Shown: positions 21,485 through 46,084 of the stretch, piece after piece
Position numbering within the stretch: the stretch's first letter is position 1
How the letters are laid out: every line of letters starts with the position of its first letter
DNA from: the human T2T-CHM13v2.0 reference genome, Homo sapiens
NCBI RefSeq assembly: GCF_009914755.1
Contig: NC_060926.1
Direction: 5' to 3' (one strand)
Length of the DNA: 64,000 nucleotides
Made by a program: the position numbers and the translations under genes
Notes under the pieces: generated by a model
What the model saw: only the letters and a program-made list of their open reading frames with translations
Database searches by the model: none
Told to the model about the DNA's origin: nothing

Positions 21485-22265
21485 GTGTTCTGGGATAAAC
21501 TCTTGTTTTCTATACTCACGCAGAACTTCTGGTGACCAAATGTGTGGGGTTTTCCCACACCAAGCAATCCTCCATTACTTGGTGGACACCGCTGGGTGTC
21601 CTACAATTTAATTCAATACTGATGCTGTCTAGTCGGAGTGTGAGATCTTACAGGTTAAGGGCTCAGTCTCACAGGACTGCCCCCTTGCCACCCAGTTCAG
21701 ACACCAATTTGCAAGTCCAGTACGTCACCTGTGCTTCTGATTGGCCAGCTATAAAACCCACGACTCCCTCCTCAGTTTCAGTAATTGGTTAGAACAGCTC
21801 ATGGAACTCAGAAATAACAGTTTACTTAGTAGATTACTGGTTTGTTATAAAAGGATACAACTCAGGAACAGCCAGACGGGAGGGAGGCACAGGGCAAGGT
21901 ACTCAGGAAGAGGTGCGGAGCTTCCATGCCTGCTCTGGGCACACCATCCTCCCAGCATCTCCACATGTTCACCAGCCTGTAAGCTGTCTGAACTCCTATA
22001 CTCTAGGGAGTTGTTTGGAGGCTTCCTCATGCAGGCATGATTGATTATTAACTCAATCTCCAGCTCCTCTCCCCTCCCAGGAGGGTGGGAAGCAAGGTGG
22101 AAAGTTCCTAGCCTCTAATCACGTGGTTGGTTCCCCTGGCAACCATCCTGAGGTTATCCAGGAGCCCCTAGGTACCAGTCATCTCATTAGCACGCAAAAA
22201 GACCTTACATTTTGAAGACTCCTAAACAGGGCAGAGAACAAATATGTATTTCTTATTATGTCACA
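21485..22265 (-). mobile_element. MER21-like solo LTR
   Basis: Motifs ctgggtgtcctacaattta, acaggttaagggctcagtc, ataaaaggatacaactcaggaacagcc; ends ...ttattatgtcaca. Confidence 0.75.
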
Positions 22266-22480
22266 GGGAGCAATTCCTCCAGGGACAGGAGCACCCCAGT
22301 GTCAGAGCAGCAGTTGTGGCAACCAGTGGTTATGGGGATCCCCAGCCACAGATGCCTTCTCTTAGCAGACAATCACTTATTCTAATACATACCTAGGTTT
22401 TCTAACACAAAAGTTCTTACTTCTAGCATAAAATAAAATTTAAAGGGCTGTACCTGTACAAGAACAGGATTTCATAAAAT

Positions 22481-22972
22481 GTATTTTATTTACTATTTTT
22501 TTTTTAAGACAGAGTCTGGCTGTGTTGCCCAGGCTGGAGTGCAGTGGTGCAATCTCGGCTCACTGCAACCTCCACTTCCCAGGTTCAAGCAATTCTGTCT
22601 CAGCCTCCTGAGTACTGGGATTACAGGCACACGCCACCACGCCCAGCTAGTTTTTTTTTTTTGTATTTTTGGTAGAGATGGGGTTTCACCATATTGGCCA
22701 GGCTGGTCTCGAACTCCTGACCTCAAGTGATCTGCTCGCCTCAGCCTCCTAAAGTGCGTGAGCCACTGTGTCCAACTAAAATTTAAAGGGTTGTACCTGT
22801 ACAAGGATAGGATTTTTAAAAATCACCTTTAGTAGTTAGCCAGGCTCAGCAGCACACAGCTATAGTCCCAGCTACTTGGGAGGCTAAGGCAGGAGGATCA
22901 CTTGAGTCCAAGAGTTCAAGACCAGCTTAGGCAAGACAGCAAGCTATCATCTCAAAAAAAAAAAAAAAAAAG
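22481..22972. mobile_element. AluS(-) ~22481-22776 and FLAM(+) ~22838-22972
   Basis: Alu motifs. The first element is flanked by a 47-bp direct duplication. Confidence 0.9.
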
Positions 22973-23704
22973 TAAATTTAAAAAACCACCCACAATGCTT
23001 TAATCCTAATTTTCCCTGTGGTTTTTGAGCTATTTTCTTATTTGCAAGCCTTACCCCTTTGTAGCAATTTAGACTTTAGAGTACCTCTTAATGCCTTCAT
23101 TCTTTATTTCAAATTCCTCTAGAAAAGCTGTTAATTCACATCCTCCTGATTACTTTCTCCTGATTGCTTTCAAGAGAAAACTAGCTGGTGGCTACCTCAA
23201 GGGCTTGCTTCTCAAAACACCCCTTTAGCATTTTGCATTCCTATTCTCATGCCAAAACCAGGAAGATAAATCTTATATGGGTAATTTGTTGATGTTCACA
23301 TTGAGTCCCTTTGATCATCTCCCCGCCATTAAAACACAGGTTATCCTAACAAGCATTCTATTAACGCAATGACTTGTCCTCTCCTACTTCATATTATAAA
23401 ACCATAGAACCTATAGTTACCTTATCATGTAGGACTTTATAGGTCTACATTTTAGCTTTGCATAATTTGCAATAATGTTCTGGTAGATATGCCTGTAAAA
23501 GTACTAAATTTTAAGCAACTTTATCTACAATGATAAAATGCCCACAAATTAAAAACACCGAATTCATGACATCCTCTGTCTTTTTCCCTGGTTATCAATA
23601 AATACATTTTTAGTTGTAACAGGTATGCATATGTTATTTTGTGCTTTGCTTTTTTCCTCCCTCACGATGTGCTTTTCTTTTTAATATAACATTAATAATC
23701 AATT

Positions 23705-24325
23705 TCCCCTTTTTAAAAATTGAGATAAAATTCACCCTTTTAAAGAGTACATTTCAATGGTGTTTAGTATATTCACAATTTTGTGCAATCTTCATCACTA
23801 CCTAATTCCAGAACATTTTCATTATCCCTAAAAGAAATCTCACACTTATTAGTTATTCCCAATCCTTCCCTGCCCCATCCCCTAATCTGCTTTCTGTTTC
23901 TATGGATTTGCCATAGAGCAAAGCAAAGCACATTTCCTATAAATGGAACCATACACTATATGGCCATTTGTGTCTGGCTTCTTTCACTTCGCATAATGTT
24001 TTCAAGTTCGTGCTGTAGCATATATCATTACTTCATTCCTTTTTGTGGCTGAACAGTTGCATGGACACACACATTTTATTTATCCATTCAGCAGCTGGGC
24101 ATTTGGCTTCTTTCCATTTTTTGGCTATTATGAATAGCTACTACGGACATTCATGTACAAGTTTTTGGAGTAGAATGACTGGGTCAGGTAACTATATGTT
24201 TAACTTTTTGAGGAACTATCAAGCATTTTTCCACAGGAGCTGTACCATTTTACATTTCCACCAGCATTGCATGAGGCTTCCAATTTGTCCACATCCTTGC
24301 CAACGCTGTTTTTTTTTCCCATTTT
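23705..24325 (-). mobile_element. L1MB-like 3' end fragment
   Basis: Motifs ttgagataaaattcac, ttccagaacattttc, ggctattatgaata, tgtaccattttacatttccaccagc. Confidence 0.8.
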
Positions 24326-24977
24326 TTTACATTCACTTATTTCTCTTTCTAATAATGATGTATCTTACGACATTAATTTACTATAGTTTACAGTTTAAGT
24401 TCTTATATAATTGGGCATTTGATTGCCTGCTTTCCCCTCTGCAGTTACAAAATATGGCTCCTTATAGGTCTTTGCAACAAGATTTTTTTCTTGCAGATCA
24501 TTTCCTGGAAGTATATTCTTTCAAAGTGGGATTACTAGGTTAATAAGTAGGAAGAGTTTTATGTTAATAGCACTTGTTGCTGCCAGTGCCATATATGTCC
24601 TTATTCCTTCACAGTACAACTTAATTCAATGCTTACTGAGGTCTTGCTGGGTATGAGGCATTATCTTACAGACTCAGAGGTATACAGATTTGGTCTTTAC
24701 CTTCAAGGCACTTAGAGTCCAGTAAGACAGAAAAGAATAGATAATTTCCTAACATAAACATAAAGGTATGCACAGGATGCTGTGGGAACACAGTGTGGGG
24801 AGCTGGAAGTAGGTTGCCAACTGGGACAAAAAAGGCTTCTTGGGAGAAATGAAACTTAAGATGAATCTTGAAGATTGAGAGGGAGTTAACCAGTCACGAA
24901 CAAAGGAACAGAAGCTTTGTATATGCAACCTGAAATGTTTGGCGATTTATGAATAATCCTGCATTCTGGGGAGATCA

Positions 24978-24980
<3 letters not shown>

Positions 24981-25017
<37 letters not shown>

Positions 25018-25058
25018 TGTGTGTTTGTATGTATGTGTGTGTGCGTGTGTATGTGTGT
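24981..25058. repeat. (GT)n microsatellite
   Basis: About 17 perfect GT units followed by degenerate units. Confidence 0.97.
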
Positions 25059-25122
25059 CTGTTGGAAGGAAGGGTCGGAGAGAATGACGACAAGAGTAAT
25101 TAAATTCAAAGCAATCAAGGGA

Positions 25123-28790
<3,668 letters not shown>

Positions 28791-29727
28791 TTACATATTG
28801 TTTCCTATTTGTATATCTTGTTTTCTAGACTTATAGACAACAGTGTCTGATTTAAAAAAAAATAGAGCCAGCTTCCATTAGAGTTCTGGTCAAACAGGCC
28901 ACATAGCCTTAGTTATACATGTCAAGGAAAAAGTGAAAGTCTTAGGTAGTAGAGCTCTATGTTGGCCACTGTTGCCTTAACCCCAGTATTTCCAGAATTC
29001 CTATAGGAAAAATGAATTATATGAATTATAACAATGTTCTTTACTCTCTTGTTCCACTTAGGATTTTTTTTTTCTCCTAGTGACTTTCTCTTTCACCAAA
29101 ACCGAATGACCATTGATCCAATAATCTCAAAGTTTCATGAAGGTGAAAATAATCCTCATTCAAAAATGAAGGCCCTTGCACAGCTGTGTGTTCAAACTGA
29201 AATTAAAAAAGAACAGTGGTTACATTTGGTTGCATCTGCATACCTGACATTAGATGAGATTAACATTGCCAAACAAAAATAAAGAGAAAGGATCGCAGAG
29301 GTGATGCCCCTACGGCTACTCATCTGAATGATTTGTTCTCTCTTTACCTACAGTTCTGCTTCCGTTTTAGTGGAGTAATAAAGGGGAGGAGGATGTGTGT
29401 GTGGGAGAGGTATTAATTCTTCCTCCATTCATAGAATACAGATGCTGGTTCACTACCAGAACTTCAAGAATGATGAAAATAAGACTTTGCCCAGTGTAAA
29501 ACTTTGCCTGCAATCAGTTTTTAAAATAATGCTTCTTTTATTTAACAGACATGCTCATGAGTAATGGTTATAACAAAGAAACAATCACTTGCCTTCAAAA
29601 AAAAAAGAATGGCAAATATGTAGATGGTCTAAATTACTAGACCTGTGATTTTACTCTTGCCTCATATCACACTGGGTCCCTCTGAATGTTTAAACTGTCT
29701 CTAGACTTCGAATGACTACTGACACTA

Positions 29728-30835
<1,108 letters not shown>

Positions 30836-31618
30836 TCAACTAAAAGTCTGATGACCTGTGTTCCTCTTTCCTGGGTGACTTTTGGTAAGATATATTACTA
30901 TTCTATTGTTCCACTCTATACAATTGGAACAGCCATCAGGCCCATGGCTCAGGATTGTTAGTCATGTGAAACTGCTTTGAGAACCAGAGTTTATGTGTAT
31001 AAGGCATTCATTTTTATTTTAAAATGAGAACTAAATCAATACCTTTTTACAAACTTCTTTGGAAGACCCTGCCCATTTTTATGGCTTCAGTAACTTATAT
31101 TGGAGTTATTAACTACATTAGTCCTTAATTAACCTCCAATATTTTTTGGCTGTCTCCATTTATCTGATACACTCTTATTCAGACTAAATAAAACAGGCAC
31201 TCCAGGAACTTAAAACACTTTATTTTGGTTATATTATAAAAATAAAAATATTGTTTCTAGCACGAATTGATATTTTCTATGATTATTATTCTGGAAGGCA
31301 AAATGCCTGATCTTGAGTGTACAAGATGTAGAAGAAATAAACTTCAATGGATGAAGAGGCAGACATGGGAAACAAAGCAATAATAAACTACACTCAGGAA
31401 TGTGGCGTGTAGAGCACAGATGGGAATAACAAGGCCAATCTAAAGCAGTCCGGGGCAGCTGGGCTGCCTTAGGGAAAAATGCCTCCTGGAATAAAATTTG
31501 GGAACGAGGAAACAGAAAGGTGACTTAGTTCCAAAGGCAAATTTGTTTCCATGACATTTTTCTCTTCCCACGTGACCATGCCTGCCGGGTTTAGGATTCA
31601 CAGAATTCTGCGAAAATA

Positions 31619-31921
31619 CAGTCATGCATCACTTAATGACAGGATATGCTCTGATAGTAAATACAAAAGCCAGTAAGACAGTTAGTTATTATCAAGTATT
31701 CAGTAGTGTACATAATTATATGTGCTATACTTTTAGATGACTGGCAGCGCGGTAGGTTTGTTTACACTAGCATTACCACGAACGTGAGTAATGCCTTGTG
31801 TTACAACATTTTGACAGCTAGGATGTCACTAGATGACAGAAATTTTTCAGCTCCACTATAATCTTAAGGGACCACATGTGGTCCCTCATTGACGGAAACA
31901 TGGTTATATGGAGCATGACTA
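31619..31921. mobile_element. Tigger3-type (TcMar) internally deleted DNA transposon
   Basis: Terminal inverted repeats CAGTCATGC...GCATGACT with a TA on the left flank. Confidence 0.8.
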
Positions 31922-32098
31922 ATATCTTAAATTTGTATGAATTTAATTGAACAGACTGGGGCCATATCATTGTAGGTAAGACAAGATTTCCCAGATGAGA
32001 TGACTTAATCTCAGAGAAGTTATATGATATACAGTTTCACTGAATTTCAGAGATGAATAGGATCGTAGTACCTAATAGGTTCTAATGGATCGAATTAG

Positions 32099-33510
<1,412 letters not shown>

Positions 33511-34800
33511 GGCGGGGAGAAGCTTATTATCTACCATATACCAGGTATAAGATTATCTATTACTTTCTAAGAATCATGCTTTAGGAGGGGAGATTAGACA
33601 TGTAGTAATAATACTGTGTTTGGCATATCTCGGGTCCCCAATAAATAGTTGTTAAACGAATGAACATAAAAGTATCTCAAAATAATCGCCCTTATTTCAG
33701 AGACCCAGAGAGACTGAAAGGCTCCCTGAAGTAGTGGTTTCCCATAACACAGAACTCATTTCATGTTGGGTCGATCATTTCCGAGCTTCGTAACTAAGTG
33801 ACTCTGGGCAGGCTGCCTAATCTGAAAAAGGGGATAATGCCTTTCACTTCAGTGTTGTTATGGGGTTGATAATGTATGTGAAGTTCTCCCCACAGAAGGC
33901 GCTCAATAAAAAGCAGCAACTATTATAAAATTTTATTAGTAGATACTCACTAGCCATTGATCTAGTGTTTTTTGTTTGTTTGTTTGTTTTACAATTAACT
34001 GGGCTCCAGTTATGTAAAACACCTCTTGCAAACGCATTTAAGGACTCGTCGAGACTGAGAGATCACTGCTTTTATCTGGTCGGGAGACACCAGCAATCTT
34101 AATTTGGAACGGTTTGATAGAGCGGAGTGCGATGAGGCGGTCCAAGGTTCCTAAGCAACATAGACCTGAGGGGCTTGTCTCCAATGTCCTTTCACCTGTC
34201 TTTCAAGTCCCTCTGCTGACCGCACAAAGACTCCCGTGGCCCCGGCAGCAGCTCGGCCTTCTCTACATCTAACCACGTTTACTAAATTTCTACGGCACGC
34301 AGCGCACCGCACCAGGAGCTGGGAGCGGCTCGCGGTACAGACCTCCTTCCTCTTTTACTTCGCTGCAGCGGGAGAACTAAGTCCTCTTACCTGAGGCACT
34401 GCTGAACTGGTTCGCAAGCAGTCACTCTACCCCCAAGACTAAAACGGTATACCCCAGATCACCACGCAAGTGCGGATACCACAGAAATCCCACCTTCCCC
34501 CGGGACCGGGAGCAAAGCCCGCTGGGAAATTGACCTTTCACCCCCTCTCTTGCCTTACCTCAGCTCACCAATTTTGACGCTAGCAAATGAAGCGACGAAG
34601 AGAGCTGGAAGGCGGGACTTAGTGTTGCCTGATCCACGCCGATTGGACAACAGCAGTGTCGGGGGACGGGCCGCTCGAGCGGGCTAGCAACCCCCCCTCG
34701 ATGGGCGGGGAGAAGCGTGGGCTGCGCTTGCGCACTGAGAGGCGGCCGAAGGGGCCGAGGCGGCTACGCGTGCGCGGTGGGCGGAGCGCGGCTCTCCTAC

Positions 34801-34914
34801 CTTCTCGGGCAGCCCAGTCTTTGCCATCCTTGCCCAGCCGGTGTGGTGCTTGTGTGTCACAGCCTTGTAGCCGGGAGTCGCTGCCGAGTGGGCGCTCAGT
34901 TTTCGGGTCGTCAT
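34801..34914 (-). CDS. ADGRF3: ADGRF3 distal alternative first coding exon (MTTRKLSAHSAATPGYKAVTHKHHTGWARMAKTGLPEK)
   Basis: GCCAGCC-ATG start, 38 codons, then donor AAG|GTAGGA in phase 0, compatible with the phase-0 acceptor at 2940. Matches my recollection of a GPR113 isoform N-terminus. Confidence 0.8.
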
Positions 34915-34969
34915 GGCTGGCTACGAATACGTGAGCCCGGAGCAGCTGGCTGGCTTTGATAAGTACAAG
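34913..34969 (+). CDS. SELENOI: SELENOI (EPT1) coding exon 1 (MAGYEYVSPEQLAGFDKYK)
   Basis: gtcATGG start, 57 nt, donor AAG|GTACCG; matches the recalled N-terminus. Confidence 0.97.
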
Positions 34970-37607
34970 GTACCGCGGGCCGGCGGATGCCCCTCTCCCT
35001 GCTCCCGGCCTCGCCCAGGCGGCTGAGGGGCCCGCGCGGCGCGGTCCGTGTCACCTTGTGCCGCGTGGCTCCGGGCGGGCTGGCGGGCGTTCCTCCGGAG
35101 GTCCTGCGGGTCCTGGGGATTGGGGGTCGGGGAGCGTGGGAGCATCCTAAGCCCGCCGCCCGTAGTCGGCACCCCCCGGGAGATTTCCTTTTCCTTAGGA
35201 GAGCGCTCAGTGATCATGGAGCGAGGGAATTCCCTTCCTATTTTTTTTAAACTTATTATTTTCGTAAGCCCCCGAAAGGATGGAGTTCCTTCTGTTGTGT
35301 CAATCGCCTTCATTTTAGTGAAGTTTCCACTCGCCTGTCATGCATACAACTTCGGAGGAGGAGATGATCGTTTGGCAGATGAGGCCCGGGAGGGGAGCGA
35401 CTTGCCGATGCCATCCTGCTGATGTCTCCACTTCTGCTCCCGGCAGGGACTTCCTAAGCGGCAGCTTGTGGCGCTAGGGCCACCAGATGAAAGGGAGGTG
35501 CACAGGAAGGAGCTGTGGAGTGGAAAGAGCGCGGGCTTTCGAGCACATACAAACCTGATTACAAAAGTCAGATTTCTTTATTTCGTCTTGGGCACGTCAT
35601 TTTAACCCCGCTCAGCCTCTCTTTTGTGTATGAAACTGAAAGTAATAGCTTCTGCTGTGCAAAATGATTAGAGGAATTTGTGAAGCGCTTGGCAACATAC
35701 TAGGACCCCAGTAAATAAATGCGGGTGGTTAACTTTCCTCCAAATCTGGTTCCCATCCGCAGTTCCTTTACCAATGAATGACTCTAACCATCCAGTCGAC
35801 CAAGCCTGAAATATGGGCTTTAACCCTTCATCCTTGTTGTTACCCGTTCATCTTCACATCTTAGCTTAAATATTGCTTCCTCAAAGAAGCCCTCCCTACG
35901 TGCCCCTTTCCCCCTTAAATGTGCGCTCTGTTCGTTTATGGAATTGCTGCTTTAGCGTGTCTCGCCATTAGAATATAATGCCCAACTCATTAGAGTTTTC
36001 TTGTGGACCATCATGGCTTAAGCACAGTGCTATGTGCATACTAGGCACCCAGTAAGCATTTGTGGAATGAATGAATAACTGAAAAAGTCATAATGGATTT
36101 TGTTTAACTCGAGTTAAAAAAAAAAAAAGCAAGGGTCCTTAGAAGGTCACATAGCATGTTTCTCTGCTTTCAAGCCGTATTGTGCCATACCATTCTGAAC
36201 CGAGGTGATGACTTGTCTTAACATTTTAAGTGGAAAGAGGGTCCAGAGCCTTCTTGGTAACTCGGGCCAGTGCTTTTCAACTTTCATTTTAGAAGGCTGT
36301 TAACCCAGATACCTCCTGTTTTGCCTTAAGCTCTACTCCCCTTTTGTTGTCTGTTCTGCAGGGTAAATATTGACATATAAAACATTTTCTTCCTTACTAG
36401 GGTCTGACTTTCTAAGTGCCAATAAAATAGCTATTTCAATGGGAGCAGTGTTTATAATAGGAAATCTCCTTTTTCTTATAAAGAATCTTCCCTAGATTTA
36501 TATTTTCAACTAAATAAGTGTCTTAATTTACTAGAAGTTTCGTGTAATTTTCTGTTCTGATCTTTCCCCCTTTTTTATTATATAAGTTCCTGTATCTGAC
36601 AGCAGATGACTTCCTATCATCCTGGAAAACAAAGGTCGATTTAGCAAGCGTCCAATGTTCACTAAAATAGTTTGTTGATATCATTTTAGTTATAATGAGG
36701 CTTCCTTGGGGAAAAAAAAGCACACATTTATAACCTAAATATTCTTCTATTGCAATTACTCAATACTGCATTTATATTAAAATTATGAATCCAGTGGTAT
36801 CCAAAGGAAAAATCCATGGGATCAGTTTTGCTTGAACACAAATCTCACAGATCTTTTTTTCTTATCGTTGCGTTCCCCTTATGTTGTCTTCAGATAGTAA
36901 GCGCTTTATAAATGCTTATTTTAAAAAGTCTTTTTTCCCCATAAATGGGTAAAGATTGAAAACACTCAAAAGATATTTTGTATTCCCTCATGTGATGCTT
37001 TATAAGAGGGATGTAAAGAAGAACTGACACTACAAAAGCAGTTGGTGGAAAAATTACTTTTGAAGTAGTTTAATTTATCTTCCCTAGAGGTATATCTGAG
37101 AGCTACAGTTGGAAACCTGGCAGATATACAGAATAACTGCTGAAAGGGGTGCACACGGGGAGTGGAAATTAGGTTTCTGAAGCAGGAAACTATAAGACAA
37201 TTGATTTTTGGTATGGAAGAGCGTGGGATGGATTCTGTGTTATGTATTGACACTTGCATTCGCTATTGTGTTACTTAACGCAATTGTATTAAACAGTTAG
37301 TTGACTATTAGTTGAATGTCTACTTTCTCTTTTAGGACGTGAGCTTTAAGAGGGCAGGCCCTATGGCTGACTTTTTTTTTTTTTTCTTTAATAACATGAC
37401 TGAGGTCTAGCACAGTACCATGAACAGAGTAAGTGCTAAACAAATATTGAAGGAATGAGAATGTAAAAGAATCAACCATTTTGGAAGTATGGTTAAAAAA
37501 AAAAAAGGAGCTCTATGTCTGGATATTGAAAGGGTGCTTTTGTATTTTAAATGTGAAGATATCAGGTTTAACTGCCATTGTTCTCTGTTGCTTATTAACT
37601 AAGGTAA

Positions 37608-39183
<1,576 letters not shown>

Positions 39184-39518
39184 ATCATACAGTTTGATTT
39201 TGTTTATTCAACAAGCATTTATTGAGGGTCTACTCAGTGTCAGGCATAACATTTGGGCTGCAAAATTAAGCTAAGTTGAAATTCTTGTCTTCAAATAACT
39301 CAGTTTGGTGGCATGTGAACATGTAAATGAACAGTTATAAAAAGTTAATAAGTCCAGTTAGGCAAGTGCTGGCTGCTATGGAAGAGGAGAGGAGGCAGCT
39401 TCCAGGGAGTGGGAGCTAGAGTTGAGAAAGCCTTCAGGGGATGGAGGTGAAGGCAAAGCTCAGTCTAGAAAGATGAATATGTATATTTATATTATATAGA
39501 GAGAAGGAGAGAGAGAGA

Positions 39519-40181
<663 letters not shown>

Positions 40182-40524
40182 CTACCAGGTTAAGAGGGGA
40201 GAAAGGCATTATGGAACAAGAGAGCAATGGAGTGTAAAGTGATGAAGGCCTCGGTATTTTCTGGGAACCACAAGAAGTTAGATAAGGTCTTTAGACATAA
40301 TGGTGGAGTGGCAGGAGATGAGACTGGAGAGGGAGGTGGGGTGCTGTCAGAGGGGAATGATTTGATGTAAAGGACTTCTGGATTTGATCCTGTAGATCAC
40401 TGTGTGGTTCAAGGACTGTTGGCATCAGAATCACTTCGGGAGGGTCTTTAGCAAATTCCTGGCTCTCTTTGGGAGATACAGATTGGATAGATTGCGGTTA
40501 TTTCCATCTTTAACAAATACCTCA

Positions 40525-44990
<4,466 letters not shown>

Positions 44991-46084
44991 AGATAGTAGA
45001 GCATTACTTGGGGCAGTGGACTCAGTGTGATTACTAAGTTGTCCAGAGCTCAGTATTTAGTGCAAAGATGTGTCAGTTCAGTTTTCTTATTGGTACATAG
45101 AAGGGATTTAAATACATGTATAAAGGACATACTTTTAGGTCCAAGAAGGTGTTTTCATAGTTTTCCTTATGTTAGAGCCAATTTCCTTCTTAAATTAAGG
45201 GGGACTCATTTCTAATCTTCTCAAAAATGGACACTTCACAGCATATTTAGAAAGTATTTTACAAGTCATTGTACTGCTCCTAGACTAAACCCATAATTGT
45301 CACTTGCCTGATAAACTATAATAGTTTCTAACTGGTCTCTAGTTTGTACTTTACCCCCTTCAAGTCCATTTTCTACATCATGTTCAGAATGGTCCTCTTA
45401 AGGACCATTTTTTGTTCTTAGAATAAAATCCAACTCCCTGTGGTCCTGCCAGGTGATGTCTGCCCACCTTTCCAGTCTCATTTTATATCACCCTTCTTTA
45501 TGATGCTGGAGCTCCATTGGCCTTCCTTCAGCATTTCTGATACTTCTGTTGGTGGTCTTTGTACATGTTATTGTTCTCCTGCCTTGAAGGTGTTTCTTGG
45601 CATGTATTACATCCCTACCTCCACACACACACACACGTGAGTCATACAGTCTTTCGTTTTCTCTCTCTTTTCCTTTTTAGGTAAAAATTACATATAAATA
45701 CTGTAATACATTAAGATCTTAAGTGTATAATTTACTGCTTTATTACATGTGTATATACCCATGTAACCACCACCCAGCTCAAGATACAGAATTATTTCTA
45801 GTGCCTCAGAAGGTCCCCATCAGTCCCTCTCACCAAACTACTGTTAGGACTTCTTTTGCCATAAATCAATTCTGTTTTTGAACTTCATATAAGTGGAATC
45901 TATGAAAGCACATTGTCTTTAGCCTTCCACTCACTACTGTGTCTCATACATTCTTTACCTGACTGCCTTCTCATCTAGGACTCAGCTTAAATGTCGCCTT
46001 CTAGAAGCTGCCTCTGACCACTCTGACTAGGCACACTTCCTGCTCCACTTGTTCTCTTCTTTTTTGGGAGCTGGTTACCATCTT

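Larger units (their letters stand above)
34230..35480. promoter_or_regulatory. CpG island / bidirectional promoter for SELENOI and distal ADGRF3
   Basis: Dense CpG and GC content. Reverse CCAAT at 34642-34646; GC boxes at about 34610, 34703 and 34779; NRF1-like TGCGCTTGCGCA at 34723-34734; no obvious TATA box. Confidence 0.9.

Noticed and set aside
24043-24543. 166-aa ORF
   Set aside because: Mostly the antisense strand of an old L1 fragment; no splice or domain support.
34656-35422. Plus-strand ORFs across the CpG island
   Set aside because: Non-ATG or intronic starts in GC-rich sequence; no ATG is seen in the ~90 nt directly upstream of the SELENOI start.
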